A stretch of 64,000 nucleotides of DNA from an uncultured delta proteobacterium (GCA_963848295.1 CAWKDB010000010.1:4512001-4576000); one strand, 5' to 3'; counted from the stretch's first letter, positions 40,647-51,713 are shown. Numbers and translations: made by a program. Notes: generated from the sequence alone by a model not told the origin.

Positions 40647-41378
40647 TCAGAACGCGGCCGGATCGATCCAGGTGTCCATGTTCGGTCGTGTCCCGGTCAA
40701 CGTCCGACGCACGACGGGATCGCCACCCTCGGCGAGTCCTTCGTACGTTCCTGCGCCACGAAGCGAGACCTGGTCGGGACCGAACCGCGCGATCGGTCCG
40801 CGCGCCCGTGCATGCTGGTAGTAGAGCGCGTGGTCGAACTCCGCCCACAGCGGACACGTGCCGTCGTGAACGTGCACGGTCGGAAAATACAGCGCGTGCG
40901 CAGCGCGGGTCGCGAACTGGAGCCCCATCGGATGGATCGTCGCGACACCCGGCGCGAGCTGGAACACCGCGAAGCCGTAATCGGCGTACTCCGGCACCGC
41001 GGCGAACACCGCGTCGCCGACCCGAAACTGCGGATCGAGCCGCGCGAAGTCCCTCGGCGCCGGCACGTACGACGCGACGAACGAGCCGACCCGGTGCACG
41101 GACAGCGTTGGCCGGCCCTGCAAGAGCATGAGATCCTGCCGCTCGAACAGCTGCGCGAGATCGTCGAACATGCGCGCATGCCGCGACAGATCGACGAACC
41201 GCACCGCGTCCTCGCCGCTCCCCGGCACGATCGGCAGCGGTAGCACCATCGCCACCGGCTCCGCCGCGTCGAGCGCCATGCTGTACGCCAGCGCCTGCCA
41301 GCCCGGCTCCTCTTCGATCAGACGGGCGAAGATCTTCGTATGGGAGACATCGCGGACCTTGCCCGAGAAGATGCACAT
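40647..41378 (-). CDS. Hypothetical protein
   Basis: Coding-like ORF; AMVLPLP, VGSFVASYVP, LYFPTVHVHDG, FDHALY; TAGAGT-N6-ATG. Confidence 0.75.
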   Translation of the reverse strand: MCIFSGKVRDVSHTKIFARLIEEEPGWQALAYSMALDAAEPVAMVLPLPIVPGSGEDAVRFVDLSRHARMFDDLAQLFERQDLMLLQGRPTLSVHRVGSFVASYVPAPRDFARLDPQFRVGDAVFAAVPEYADYGFAVFQLAPGVATIHPMGLQFATRAAHALYFPTVHVHDGTCPLWAEFDHALYYQHARARGPIARFGPDQVSLRGAGTYEGLAEGGDPVVRRTLTGTRPNMDTWIDPAAF

Positions 41379-41418
41379 GCCGCGACTCTAAGGCGCTTTC
41401 GATCGCGCTGCATCGTGG

Positions 41419-44400
41419 TCAGCGCGCGAAGCTGCCGACCGCGGACGGCCGGTGCGGGCGGCGGTCGCGCTCGGCGTAGGCGCGCTCGAAGTCTTCGGGC
41501 GTGTAGCGCGTGCCCATCGGCGGCGGCGGATCGTTCTGGATGAACGCGTTGTCGCGAATGCGCAGCGCGCGGACTCGCGCGAGCACGGCGTCGGCCTGGG
41601 TCGCGCCCTCGGTGCGGCCGAGGATCATGACGGCCGCCTCGAGCGCGCGCGGCGACACCGGGATCCCGCTCTCGTCGTCGGTGCGGACCTCGCAGGCGGC
41701 GAGGGCGGCGCGAGCGATCGCGAACGACGGGCTGCCGATCGCCGACATCAACGCGCCGTAGCGGCCGAGCTCGAGCTCGAGGAACGCGCTGCGCTCCATC
41801 GAGAGCTCCGCGTTCGGGCGCACCGCGGGTGCGGTCTGCGCGACGATTCGATCCATCGTGTCGAGCAAGTCGGCGGCGACATCGCCGTTCGGGCCAAGGC
41901 GCGCCGCTTCTTTTGCATACGGGTGCGCGTCGACGTGCCGGCCCTGGCCCGCGAGCGCGCGCGCCATCGCATGCAGCCCGGCGACCCGGACCTCGCGCGG
42001 CGCATCGCGGTCGGCGATCAGCTGCTTCGCGATCTGCTCGCACTCGACGAACTCGCCGAGCCGGTACAGGCCGCTCGCGAGCGCGACGAGCAGCGTCGAC
42101 TCGTGCGACCCGAGCGCGAGCGCGCGGCGGCCCGCTTCGATCGCGACCGGCGCGTTGTCCGCGCGACTCGCGGCGCCCGCGAGCATCGCCCAATCGTCGG
42201 CGGCGCGGAATCGCCGCGACGCGTAGCGCAGCACCGCGACCGCCTCGGCATCGCGGCCGGCGTCGACGAGCACGCGGCCGATCAGCCGCGGCGCGTCGTT
42301 GCGCTCGTGCGCGGCGAGCACGCGGATCGCCTCGCGCGGATGGCCGACCCGAGCGAGCGCGACCGCATAGCTCTGGGCGCGCTTCGCGTTGCCCGGCTCG
42401 CTCGCCGCCGCCCACTTCAGGTGCGGCAGCGCGATATCGAGACGGTCCTCCGACGCCGACGCGAGCCCGGCGTTGAACGCGGCGTCGCCGTCGATCGGGG
42501 TCGTGATCCCGGCCGCTCGCCACCGCGGCGCGAGGTCGTCGCGCGCGGCATCGCGCTCGAGATGGGTCGACGCCGCCATCCCGCGGCACGCCGCCTCGAA
42601 CCCATCGTCGTTGCGACCGGTCGCGAGCAGCGCCGACGCGACGCGCAGCCACGGCGCCGCGATCTCCGTCGGGTTCGCGATCGCGGCGAGCCAGTGGACG
42701 TCGAGCAGCGCGTGCGGCGGAGCAAACGCGGCCGCCGCCGTCGACCAGGCGAGCGCGGTCCCTCCACCTTCGACTGCACGCGAGCAGCGCTCGAACAGGT
42801 TCGCCGCCGGCTCGTACTGCGAGGCATCCGCGGCGAGGTCGTGCGCCATCCGCAGCTCCCAGCCGATGCGCTCGTCGCCACGCAACAGCCGGCCGACCGT
42901 CGGCAGCCCCGCGATCATCGCGTCGAGATGGCCGCCGTGCTCGGCCTCGAGGTCGAGCGCGCGTTCGACTCGCAACAGCCACGTGTCGAGCAGCCACTCC
43001 GGCGCGCCGCCGAGCCGGTCGATCAGCCGGAGCAACGCCGCGATCGCGGTCGGCTCGATCTGATAGCGCGCGCGCCGCACGAGGTGCAGCGCCTCGGTCG
43101 CGATGTGGCGATATGCGCCGGCGAGCGGCGTCGTGATCCCGGACGCGGCGACCATGTAGTTCGCGAGCGAGATGCCGAGCGCGAGCACCGCGCCACCGGC
43201 ATGCGCGTCGCGATCGCGCGCGGGCGGGACGAGCACGGTCCACCACTCCTCGGCGAGCGCATCGGCGGCGCGCAGCGTGGTCTCGATCGGTCGCATCAGC
43301 CGGCCGAGGATCGTGCCCGCGGTCGATTGCGCCGCAGGGACGGCCGCGATCAGCTCGGACACCCACAGCGGATCGAGCGTGATCGGCCGGCGCTCGCCGA
43401 GCGCCTTGCGCACGATCGACGTGTCCATGTTCGGCACGAAGTCGGCGAGGTCGCGCGCCGCATACTTCGCGAGCGTGACCGCGCCGCGGTCGATCCGACG
43501 CTCGATCACGCGCTCCCATTCGTTCGCCGGCCGGATCGCCGCGAGCCGCAGCGCTCGGTTGATGTGCGCCTCGAGCCGGCTCTGGCTGCGCCGCAGCTGG
43601 GCGGTCTGGATGTGATCGAGCGCGCCGTCGAGATCGCCCGACAGGATCAGCGCGTTCGCAGCGGCGAGCCGCGCCTTGCCGTCGGCGAGCAAGCCGCCCG
43701 CGTCCATGCCGGCGCAGTGATGGACCGCGAGCTCGGCCTGCTCCTCGCGGCCGACCGCGACCAGCGATTCGATCAGCATCTGCGCATCGTCGTCGTCGGT
43801 GATCCGCCCGCGTGTCAAGCCGACGATCGCGCGCCCGACATCGCCGCGGTGGTAGCCCTCCCACGCGTACGCGCGCGCGAGCAGGCCGGCGTCACTCTTC
43901 CAGTGCGAGATCCGCTTCACCGCCCACGCGAACGCCTCTTGCGCGGCCGGCTCGTCGGGTACGCCGACCAGCGCTTCGTCGGCGAGCTCGATCGCCTCTT
44001 GGAGCCGGCCGATGTCGAGATGCGCGAACGCGATCAACAGCGCCGCGTGATGCGGCGCTTGCCAATCGTTCGCGGACAGCTTGTCGGTCGTCGAGCCATC
44101 GAGGATCTCGCGGCAGCGATACTGCGCTTCGGCGAACGCCTGGCCCGGCCGGCCGAGCTGGCGCAACCGCCGCACGCAATCGAGGTGGGCGGCGCCGAAC
44201 TGAGGTGCGGCGACGGTCGCGCGATCGGCCCAGCGATAGCTCTCCTCGCGCCGACCCGCGTCGGCGAGCTGCAGCGAGTAGTTGTGGCACGCGTACGGAT
44301 TCGCGGGCATCAGGCCCGCCGCGATGCCCTGATGGCGGATCCCCATGTTCTCGACCGGACCGCCGCCCCCAGCCGGCGCGAGCCCGACCGTCTCGCCCTT

Positions 44401-45246
44401 CGTCGCGAACGGCTCGCCCCAGATCGACAGGTGCGGCTTCGCGTACATCGGCGCTTCCGCGATCAGCGGCAGGATCGCGCGGCGATCGGTCTCGCCTCGG
44501 ATCAGCGCGGCGACGTACGCGTTGCGGCGCGCGACCGGATGGGTCGGATCGAGCTCGAGGATCACCGGATCGAGCGTTCGTGCGCCGTCGCGAGCGAGCT
44601 CGGCGAGCACGCGGACGTACGGGATCGCGAGCCGCGGCAACGGCTGGACGACGCCGGGCGGCAACTGCGGTCCGGTGCGCTGCCGCAACAGCGAGTCGGC
44701 GAACGCCAGGCGATCGCCGGCATTGCGCAGATCGTCGGCGGTGAAATCCGCGAGCGGGCCGACCTGCGGCAAGCGCCGGGCGGTCAGCCACTTCGCCAGG
44801 CACTCCGCGAGCTGGCGCGACAACGGCTGGCCGGCGGTCGCGGGCCACTCCTCGATTGGCGCACCGCCGGCTCGGCGCGCGCGCAGCACGGTCGGCGTCG
44901 GCCGCGTGCGATCGATGCCGAGCTCGAGCCACAGCACCTCGTGGCGGCGCGACACGCGGAACAGCCAGTCGATGTTTTCCTCGATCTGCGGATGCGACGC
45001 GTCGAGCAACCGGCCGTTCTCGTCCGCGATCCGCTCGTCGTCGTCGCCGAGCGTCACCATCGGGTGGCGCACGAGATGATCGAACACGATCACCGACATC
45101 AGCCGCGCGAAGTACGGCAGCGAGCGCTCGGCCTCGGCCGGCACGACCAACGTGCTCGCGAGGAAGGTCGCGCGGTGCGGATACGGCAGCGGCACGGTAG
45201 CGCCCCGAGAATACGAGATCGCGCGGTTAACCGCGGCGCGCGGCAA
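41419..45246 (-). CDS. Large TPR-rich helical protein
   Basis: 1275-aa Ala-rich ORF with repeated TPR-like motifs; TAAAAT-N5-TTG start. Confidence 0.75.
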   Translation of the reverse strand: MPRAAVNRAISYSRGATVPLPYPHRATFLASTLVVPAEAERSLPYFARLMSVIVFDHLVRHPMVTLGDDDERIADENGRLLDASHPQIEENIDWLFRVSRRHEVLWLELGIDRTRPTPTVLRARRAGGAPIEEWPATAGQPLSRQLAECLAKWLTARRLPQVGPLADFTADDLRNAGDRLAFADSLLRQRTGPQLPPGVVQPLPRLAIPYVRVLAELARDGARTLDPVILELDPTHPVARRNAYVAALIRGETDRRAILPLIAEAPMYAKPHLSIWGEPFATKGETVGLAPAGGGGPVENMGIRHQGIAAGLMPANPYACHNYSLQLADAGRREESYRWADRATVAAPQFGAAHLDCVRRLRQLGRPGQAFAEAQYRCREILDGSTTDKLSANDWQAPHHAALLIAFAHLDIGRLQEAIELADEALVGVPDEPAAQEAFAWAVKRISHWKSDAGLLARAYAWEGYHRGDVGRAIVGLTRGRITDDDDAQMLIESLVAVGREEQAELAVHHCAGMDAGGLLADGKARLAAANALILSGDLDGALDHIQTAQLRRSQSRLEAHINRALRLAAIRPANEWERVIERRIDRGAVTLAKYAARDLADFVPNMDTSIVRKALGERRPITLDPLWVSELIAAVPAAQSTAGTILGRLMRPIETTLRAADALAEEWWTVLVPPARDRDAHAGGAVLALGISLANYMVAASGITTPLAGAYRHIATEALHLVRRARYQIEPTAIAALLRLIDRLGGAPEWLLDTWLLRVERALDLEAEHGGHLDAMIAGLPTVGRLLRGDERIGWELRMAHDLAADASQYEPAANLFERCSRAVEGGGTALAWSTAAAAFAPPHALLDVHWLAAIANPTEIAAPWLRVASALLATGRNDDGFEAACRGMAASTHLERDAARDDLAPRWRAAGITTPIDGDAAFNAGLASASEDRLDIALPHLKWAAASEPGNAKRAQSYAVALARVGHPREAIRVLAAHERNDAPRLIGRVLVDAGRDAEAVAVLRYASRRFRAADDWAMLAGAASRADNAPVAIEAGRRALALGSHESTLLVALASGLYRLGEFVECEQIAKQLIADRDAPREVRVAGLHAMARALAGQGRHVDAHPYAKEAARLGPNGDVAADLLDTMDRIVAQTAPAVRPNAELSMERSAFLELELGRYGALMSAIGSPSFAIARAALAACEVRTDDESGIPVSPRALEAAVMILGRTEGATQADAVLARVRALRIRDNAFIQNDPPPPMGTRYTPEDFERAYAERDRRPHRPSAVGSFAR

Positions 45247-45249
45247 CCG

Positions 45250-46492
45250 TCATTTTATGCCGAGCTCGCCGGCCAGGCGCTGGGCGTCGGCCGCCCGGCC
45301 GCAGCGCGAAAGTGCCTGCCATGCCTTGAACCGCGCGGCGTGAGGCAGCGCCGGATCGCGCAGCGGCTCGACGACCGCGCAGGCGGTGGCGGCGTCACCG
45401 GCGGCGAGCGCGGTATCGACGACCAGCTCGCGGGCCTCGACGGTGTCGCGGTTCGCGAGGTTCGCCTGCGCGAGCACGAGCGCGCGCGCCGGGTCGCCGC
45501 CGATGCCGAGGAAGAACCGCGCGGCATGGTCGCTGAACGCCTCGGGCAGCGCCGAGAGGTAGCGCTCCCAACCGGCGCGCGCCTCCGCGATCAAGCGCCG
45601 GTCTATGGTCGGGATCGAGCGCCGCTTCGAGCGCCACCAGCTCCGGGTGGCGATCCGCCGCGAGCGCGGCCTGCACGAGCGGCTTCGCGGCGGCGCTATC
45701 GCCGGTCGCGATCATCGTCTGCGCGAGGTGCACGACCGTCTCGAGCGAGCCCGGCATGCGATCGCGCGCGGCGGCATAGAGCTCGCGCGCCGCGGCCATC
45801 TCGCCCTTCTGTTCGTACAGCCGGCCCCACTGGAACAGCAGCCAGTTCAGCATGACCGGCGAGTTGTCGCGCACCGCGGCGGCCGCCTTCGCCATCATCG
45901 CGAGGCCTTCATCGTACCTGCCTGCGAGCCCGAGCGCGCCGCCGAGCTGGCCCAGGTTCGTCGGGCTCGGCCAGACCTTCGCCATCTGCTCGCGCGCGGG
46001 CAGCGAGAGCGCGACCTTGCCGGTCGCCTCGTCGATCGTGGTCTCGAGCGGTTGCCACTCGCCGGCGTCGATCTTCGGTCGCTGCTTGATCAGCGCGAGC
46101 TCGGCGCGCGCCGCGGCGAACCGATGGACGCGCGACAGCGCGCGGACGCGCATCTTCATCGCATCGAGGTCGTCGGGCGAGTGCTCGAGCCAGGTCGCGG
46201 ACAACGTGAGCGCGGCCAGGTAGTCCTCGAGGTCGCCGCGGATCCCCGCGCGCGTCAGGTGCAGCTCGATGACCTGCGCGATGTCGTCGGGCTTGACCTG
46301 ATGGATCTCGATCTGTCGATCGATGATCCGCAGCTCGTCATCGCCGCTCTCGCTACGCGGCAACTTCGGCACCAAAGACGAAGCGCGGTCGGACCCGGGT
46401 TTCGGATCCACCGCGCGAGGGGCGTGATGGTCCGCCTTGCCGCGGCACGCCGTCCACAGGACGAGGGCGGCCGCGACCGGCGCGAGCTTCAT
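45250..46492 (-). CDS. TPR lipoprotein accompanying the DUF4331 pair; frameshift near 45595
   Basis: WTAC lipobox, LLFQWGRLYEQKG; C-terminal LPEAFSDHAARFFLG...LAQANLANR lies in a shifted frame. Confidence 0.7.
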
Positions 46493-47186
46493 CAGTGCGG
46501 CGCAGCGAGGAACGGGAAGGTCGTATCCGACGTCGCGTTCGTTCCGGTGTGCGGTCCCACGCCGTCACCGACAAGCGGGGTCGCCGACGGGGGCGCGATC
46601 GTGAACCCGCTCGAAACCGGCTGCGACCGCGCTGTAGGTGACGTCGATCACGTCCTCGCTCGGCGAGCGACCACCGCAGTCGTTGAACACCTGCGCGCCG
46701 ACTGACGACGTTGAGCTCGACCGCGAGGTACAGGTTGCACGCCGTCTGCGTGCTGTCGAGGTAGAGCTGGTCGTCGAGCAGCAGGCCGGTGAGCGTCGAG
46801 TACGAGTCGGCCGTGACCGGCCCGCCGCCTTCTGGGCTGCCGTCGTACAGCACCTGGTTGCCGCACACGGTGTCGAGCGCGTCGAAGATCGCGAGGTTCG
46901 CTGCGAACTGGGCCTTGTTCGCATCGGACGCCCACGTCGTCGGATCGGACTCCGCGTTGTACGCGTCCTTCGCCGCGTTCTTCGTCGCCGGGGTCGGATC
47001 GAACGCGTGGTTGAGCGCGGTGTTGATCGCGGGGCGACCGAGGCGGTCGATCTGCGCGCCGAGCGCGGGCGCGTTCGGGATCTGAGCCGCGTCGCTGCCC
47101 GAGCCGGCGTCCGAGTTGCTGTGGTTGTCGCCGCAGGAGACTGCGCCGACGGTGAGGATCGCGAGGAGGATGGCGTGTTTTTTCAT
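46492..47186 (-). CDS. DUF4331 family lipoprotein; two apparent frameshifts (~46704, ~46612)
   Basis: QIDRLGRPAINTAL; DCGGRSPSEDVIDV and TFPFLAAPH occur in successive frames; stop overlaps the next start. Confidence 0.7.
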
Positions 47187-47200
47187 GGTCATCCTCGCCG

Positions 47201-47977
47201 TCACGGAGCCGTGTGCGTGCTGGCCCAGACGGCCAGCAGCGGGTTGGTGGAGCTCGACAGCAACGTCTTGTCGACCTGGACGACGATCGCCATCACGTTG
47301 AGGCTCGCGAAGCAGTCGGCGACGTTGTTCGCGCCGGTGCACGGCGCGGCCGCGGTCGCGCTCGAGGTTTCCTTCAGCAGGTTGCCGAGTGCCGTCGCCG
47401 TGCCGCCGTCGAGCGTCGGACAGCCCGCCGCGTCGAACGTCAGGCCGGTGCACTGGGCATCCCCGCACTTCGTCTCTACCGCCGAGACCGCGTCGCGGAA
47501 GCCGGACAGATCGAAGAAGAACGCATCGGCGCGGTGGCCCGCGAATACCTTGAGCTTGCCGTCCGCGCTCGTGATCCCTGCGGCGGCGCTGGCATCGCCG
47601 GTGACGTAGTCGCCACTCGCGCCGGTGCCGCTGCCGACCCAGCACTGCGCGCTGGTGTCGCTCGCGAACGTGCAGATGATGTCGGTCTCGACCGCGCCGG
47701 TCGCCATGCCGTAACCGGCCTGCGCGGTGACGTGGAACGCATACTGGATCGTCGACCCGAAGTGGCGCGTGCCGTCATCGCCGGGGGAGACGGTCATGAC
47801 CAGGTTGACCTTCGTCGCGTCCGGGGTCATCCACGCGTAGAGATCGCCGATGTCGGCCATCGGGTTACCGGACGCGGCCGGCCCATCGAGGTGATCGGCG
47901 GCATGGCTGGTGTGCGCTACCAGCAACGCGCCGAGTCCGAGCGCAGCTGCGCTGGAAGCAAAAGCGAGTTTCTTCAA
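47201..47977 (-). CDS. DUF4331 family secreted protein
   Basis: Signal peptide, AADHLDGP, ADIGDLYAW, VFAGHRADAFFFD, NVMAIVVQV, LAVWAST. Confidence 0.8.
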   Translation of the reverse strand: MKKLAFASSAAALGLGALLVAHTSHAADHLDGPAASGNPMADIGDLYAWMTPDATKVNLVMTVSPGDDGTRHFGSTIQYAFHVTAQAGYGMATGAVETDIICTFASDTSAQCWVGSGTGASGDYVTGDASAAAGITSADGKLKVFAGHRADAFFFDLSGFRDAVSAVETKCGDAQCTGLTFDAAGCPTLDGGTATALGNLLKETSSATAAAPCTGANNVADCFASLNVMAIVVQVDKTLLSSSTNPLLAVWASTHTAP

Positions 47978-48168
47978 GGTATCCCCCTTAGTGGTGAGTG
48001 ACTCTAACCCGATTCAGTTGCGAGAAGCCAAATCGGCACGGGCGTTTCCCCGGGGACAGTTGTCCCATACGTCAGCGAACGACGCTGTGATACGATCGGC
48101 GTCAGGTAGCGGATCGACGCGATCTGCTTTTTTCAACGCCAGCACCAGTACCGGCTAGGAGACCGTCC

Positions 48169-48765
48169 GTGGGAACGAAGCTCTACGTGGGCAACTTGAA
48201 CTACAACACGACCGAGCAATCGCTGAGAGATGCTTTCGGGGGGAACGGTCGGGAGGTCGCGAGCGTGTCGATCATCATCGATCGCGAGACCGGCCGATCC
48301 CGTGGCTTCGCGTTCGTCGAGATGGCGACCGCGGAAGCAGCGGCGCAAGCGCTCCAGGAGCTCGACGGTCAGGATCTCGACGGTCGGATGCTGAGGATCA
48401 ACGAGGCGCGGGAACGCGAAGCTCGTGGGCCCGGCGGTCCCGGTCCCGGTGGTCCGCGCTCGTTCGGCGGCCCGCGTCCGGGTCCCGGCGGCGGTGGTGG
48501 CTACGGCGGAGGCGGCGGTGGCGGCGGTGGCGGCTACGGACGTCCACCCGGTGGTGGCGGTGGCTTCGGTGGACCTCGCCCGAGCGGGCCGGGCGGTGGC
48601 GGCGGCTTCGGCGCTCCTCGTCCCGGTTTCGGCGCGGCGCCGACCGGCGGTGATGGCCGGCGCAAGAAGAGCGGCGATAAAGAGCGCGAGCGCGATCGCG
48701 GCGGCGAAGGCGATCGCGGCAAGAAGGGCCGGCGGCGCGACGGCGATGGCGGCGACGGCTGGTAG
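48169..48765 (+). CDS. RRM RNA-binding protein with Gly/Pro-rich tail
   Basis: LYVGNL (RNP2), RGFAFVEM (RNP1), LRINEA; AGGAG RBS. Confidence 0.95.
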   Translation: MGTKLYVGNLNYNTTEQSLRDAFGGNGREVASVSIIIDRETGRSRGFAFVEMATAEAAAQALQELDGQDLDGRMLRINEAREREARGPGGPGPGGPRSFGGPRPGPGGGGGYGGGGGGGGGGYGRPPGGGGGFGGPRPSGPGGGGGFGAPRPGFGAAPTGGDGRRKKSGDKERERDRGGEGDRGKKGRRRDGDGGDGW

Positions 48766-48796
48766 AAATCACAGCGCGATCCGGTAGGCTGCGGCC

Positions 48797-49708
48797 GTGA
48801 GCGCGCTACCCGACTGGATCGCATCGCAACTGCCCGCCGGTTACCGCGAGCGCGACATCGCAGTTGGCGACGAGCGCATGCATGTCCTCGAGTGGGGACC
48901 GGCGGACGGCAAGGCGATCGTGCTCGTCCACGGCAACCCGACGTGGAGTTATCTGTGGCGCAAGGTCGTCGCGGCGATTCGGGCGCGGCCGGGCGGTGAC
49001 CGCTATCGCTTGATCGCGGTCGATCTCGTCGGCCTCGGGCAATCGAGCAAGCCCGCGCGCGAGGCGCATACGCTCGCTCACCACGCGGCGTGGCTCGGCG
49101 CGGCGATCGACGCGCTCGTCCCCGGGCCGCTCGTGCTGGTGGCGCAGGACTGGGGCGGCCCGATCGGGCTGCGCGCGATGCGCGATCGATCGAGCCGGTT
49201 GCGCGGGCTGGTGCTCGGCAACACCGCGATCAGTCCGCCGGCGCCGCACTTCAAGCCGACGCTGTTCCATCGCCTGTCGCAGATGCCGGTCGTCAGCGAC
49301 CTGCTGTTCCGCGGCTTGGGCTTCCCTCTCGGCTTGTTGCATGTGTCGCAAGGCGACAAGTCATCGATTCGCGGCGTGGTCGCGCGTTCGTATCGCTGGC
49401 CGCTGCGCAAGCTCGCCGACCGCAACGCGCCGCTCGCGCTCGCTCGCATGGTGCCGAACGGGCACGACCACGTCTCGGTGCCCGACCTCGCGCTGACCGA
49501 CGAGCTGTTTCGCACGACGCCCGCGCCGATCACGATCGTCTGGGGGAAGCGCGATCCGATCCTCGGCAGCGTGATCAACCACCTCGAGCGCCTGCGGCCG
49601 GACGCGAAGGTCGTGCGTACCGGCGCCGGCCATTTCCTGCAAGAAGAAGTGCCTGGCGAGCTCGCGGATGCCGCGCTCGACATCGCGGACCGCGCTGACT
49701 GGTCGTGA
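48797..49708 (+). CDS. Haloalkane dehalogenase/OleB-like alpha/beta hydrolase
   Basis: HGNPTWSYLWR, DLVGLGQSSKP, QDWGG, AGHFLQEE. Confidence 0.88.
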   Translation: MSALPDWIASQLPAGYRERDIAVGDERMHVLEWGPADGKAIVLVHGNPTWSYLWRKVVAAIRARPGGDRYRLIAVDLVGLGQSSKPAREAHTLAHHAAWLGAAIDALVPGPLVLVAQDWGGPIGLRAMRDRSSRLRGLVLGNTAISPPAPHFKPTLFHRLSQMPVVSDLLFRGLGFPLGLLHVSQGDKSSIRGVVARSYRWPLRKLADRNAPLALARMVPNGHDHVSVPDLALTDELFRTTPAPITIVWGKRDPILGSVINHLERLRPDAKVVRTGAGHFLQEEVPGELADAALDIADRADWS

Positions 49709-50550
49709 ATCGCACGCGCTTCGTCGTCGCGCCGGACGAGCAAGGCCTCCGGCTCGATCAAGTGATCCCGCGCCACGTCGAAGGGCTGTCGCGGCGCAAG
49801 GCGCGCAGCGTGATCGATATCGGGGGTGTGTTCGTGCAAGGTGCGCGGGTCAAGATCGCCGGCCGCACCGTGCGCGCCGGCCAGACAATCGAGGTCACGC
49901 TCGGCGGAGCGATCGATGCGCTCGGCAAGCCGCCCGGGCCCGAACCGCGCATCGCGTACAGCGACGACCACGTGATCGTCGTCGACAAACCCGCCGGGCT
50001 CGTCACCGCGCCGACGCCCGAAGCCGATCGCGGTGACTTGCTCGACTTGATGAGCCGCGCCCACGGCGAGGTCTATCTCGTCCATCGCCTCGATCTGCCG
50101 ACCAGCGGCCTGCTCGTGTTCGCGCGCACGCGCGAGGCGAACAAGCGCCTCGGCGAAGCGTTCAAGCTGCATGACGTCGACCGCGAGTATCGCGCGGTCG
50201 CGATCGGCGACGTCGCCGCGCAGACCATCGATCGCGAGATCGACCAGCGCCGCGCGGTCACTCACGTCGCGCCGATCGAACGCCTCGCGGGCGCGACGCT
50301 CCTCGCGGTGACGCTCGAGACCGGACGCACCCATCAGATCCGCATCCATCTCGCCGGTCTCGGCCACCCGATCGCGGGCGACCGCACCCACGGTGGCGAG
50401 ACGGAGCGAACGTTCATTCCGCGACCCCCGCGCCTCGCGTTGCACGCCGCGATCCTCGGCTTCACCCATCCCGCGACTGGCGAGCGCGTGAAGTTCTCGA
50501 GCGAGCTCCCGGCCGAGCTCGCGCAATGGATCGAGCGCCTGCGCGCCTGA
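49705..50550 (+). CDS. RluA/RluD family pseudouridine synthase with S4 domain
   Basis: VDKPAGL, HRLDLPTSG, TGRTHQIRIH, LALHA. Confidence 0.93.
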   Translation: MNRTRFVVAPDEQGLRLDQVIPRHVEGLSRRKARSVIDIGGVFVQGARVKIAGRTVRAGQTIEVTLGGAIDALGKPPGPEPRIAYSDDHVIVVDKPAGLVTAPTPEADRGDLLDLMSRAHGEVYLVHRLDLPTSGLLVFARTREANKRLGEAFKLHDVDREYRAVAIGDVAAQTIDREIDQRRAVTHVAPIERLAGATLLAVTLETGRTHQIRIHLAGLGHPIAGDRTHGGETERTFIPRPPRLALHAAILGFTHPATGERVKFSSELPAELAQWIERLRA

Positions 50551-50581
50551 GCTCTGCTCGCGGTATCCTGCCCCGACGGCG

Positions 50582-51367
50582 ATGGAACGGTCGGCGGGAT
50601 ATCTGCGAGCGGTTCGTTTGGTTCGCGACAGCGTTCGCGACTTCAACGTCTATCCGTTCTCGATTCCTGCCATCCAAGCTCTCGACGAGCTCGAGCTCGA
50701 CGCCAAGGTCACGTTCCTCATCGGCGAGAATGGCTCGGGGAAGTCCACGCTGATCGAAGCGATCGCGGTCCTCGCAGGATTCAACGCGGAGGGCGGCTCG
50801 AAGAACTTCCGGTTCGGCACGCGCCGCTCCGAGTCGTGCCTGCACCAATTCATGCGGCCGGTCCGCGGCCATCGTCGCCCGCACGATGGCTTCTTCCTGC
50901 GCGCGGAGAGTTACTTCAACGTCGGCACCGAGATCGAGCGACTCGACAAAGACCCACACTGGCTCGACGGCCCTCCGCTCATCGACAGTTACGGCGGCGT
51001 CTCGCTTCACGAGCAGTCCCACGGCGAGTCCTTTCTCGCGCTCGCTAACCATCGGTTCCGAGGCGACGGCCTGTACATCCTCGACGAGCCGGAAGCGGCG
51101 TTGTCACCGCAACGCCAGCTCACCCTCTTGTCGATCATCCATGACCTCGTCGAGCAGCGCGCGTCGCAGTTCGTGATCGCCACGCACTCGCCGATCCTCA
51201 TGGCGTACCCCGACGCGCTGATCTACCGCCTCGGACCCGACGGAATCGAACGCCTCGCTTACGAAGACACCGAGCACTACCGCATCACGCGCGACTTCCT
51301 GAGCTCTTCCGAACGCTACTTCAAGCGTCTGTTCAGCCGATCGGGGAGCAATGTCAGCGACGAGTAA
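50582..51367 (+). CDS. ABC/SMC-like predicted ATPase
   Basis: GENGSGKST, FFLRAES, QSHGESF, YILDEPE, IATHSP. Confidence 0.9.
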   Translation: MERSAGYLRAVRLVRDSVRDFNVYPFSIPAIQALDELELDAKVTFLIGENGSGKSTLIEAIAVLAGFNAEGGSKNFRFGTRRSESCLHQFMRPVRGHRRPHDGFFLRAESYFNVGTEIERLDKDPHWLDGPPLIDSYGGVSLHEQSHGESFLALANHRFRGDGLYILDEPEAALSPQRQLTLLSIIHDLVEQRASQFVIATHSPILMAYPDALIYRLGPDGIERLAYEDTEHYRITRDFLSSSERYFKRLFSRSGSNVSDE

Positions 51368-51431
51368 GCGGCGATCGTGAACGAGCACGAGCGCGAGCAC
51401 ACGACACGAGCACGTGACACGAGCTCACCAG

Positions 51432-51713
51432 CTAGCTCTCGAACGTCCAGGCCTTGACGATCTCGCAGCGCGCGGCGAGCTGATCGAGCACGCCGATCAT
51501 CGCCGGCTGAGCGGCGAGGGCACGCCACGCTTCGAGCGAGGCGGCGGTGATGACGATCGACAGGTCCCACTTCGCCGCGCTCGCATCCGCCGGCAGCCCG
51601 ACGACCGCGTCGGCGCCGGCGGCGGTCAGCTCGGCGCGCAACGCCTCGGCGAGCTCGGCGCGACTCGCCGCGTGACGATCGCGCAGCTTCGCGAAGCAGA
51701 ACCGTTGGATCAC
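51432..51713 (-). CDS. Dabb (stress-responsive A/B barrel)-like protein
   Basis: VIQRFCFAKL...WDLSIVITAASLEAW...VKAWTF; GTGA overlap with the upstream gene. Confidence 0.65.
   Translation of the reverse strand: MIQRFCFAKLRDRHAASRAELAEALRAELTAAGADAVVGLPADASAAKWDLSIVITAASLEAWRALAAQPAMIGVLDQLAARCEIVKAWTFES

Noticed and set aside
41452..45855. Long antisense ORFs (also 20065-23121, 26356-29781, 8661-11168 and the 5' part of 963-2882)
   Set aside because: Shadow ORFs typical of high-GC DNA; the opposite strand carries the recognisable proteins
48430..48660. GGC-rich repeats
   Set aside because: Simply encode the Gly/Pro-rich tail of the RRM protein
50582..51367. ATPase as part of an anti-phage system
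   Set aside because: No partner nuclease, TOPRIM or effector gene nearby; housekeeping context
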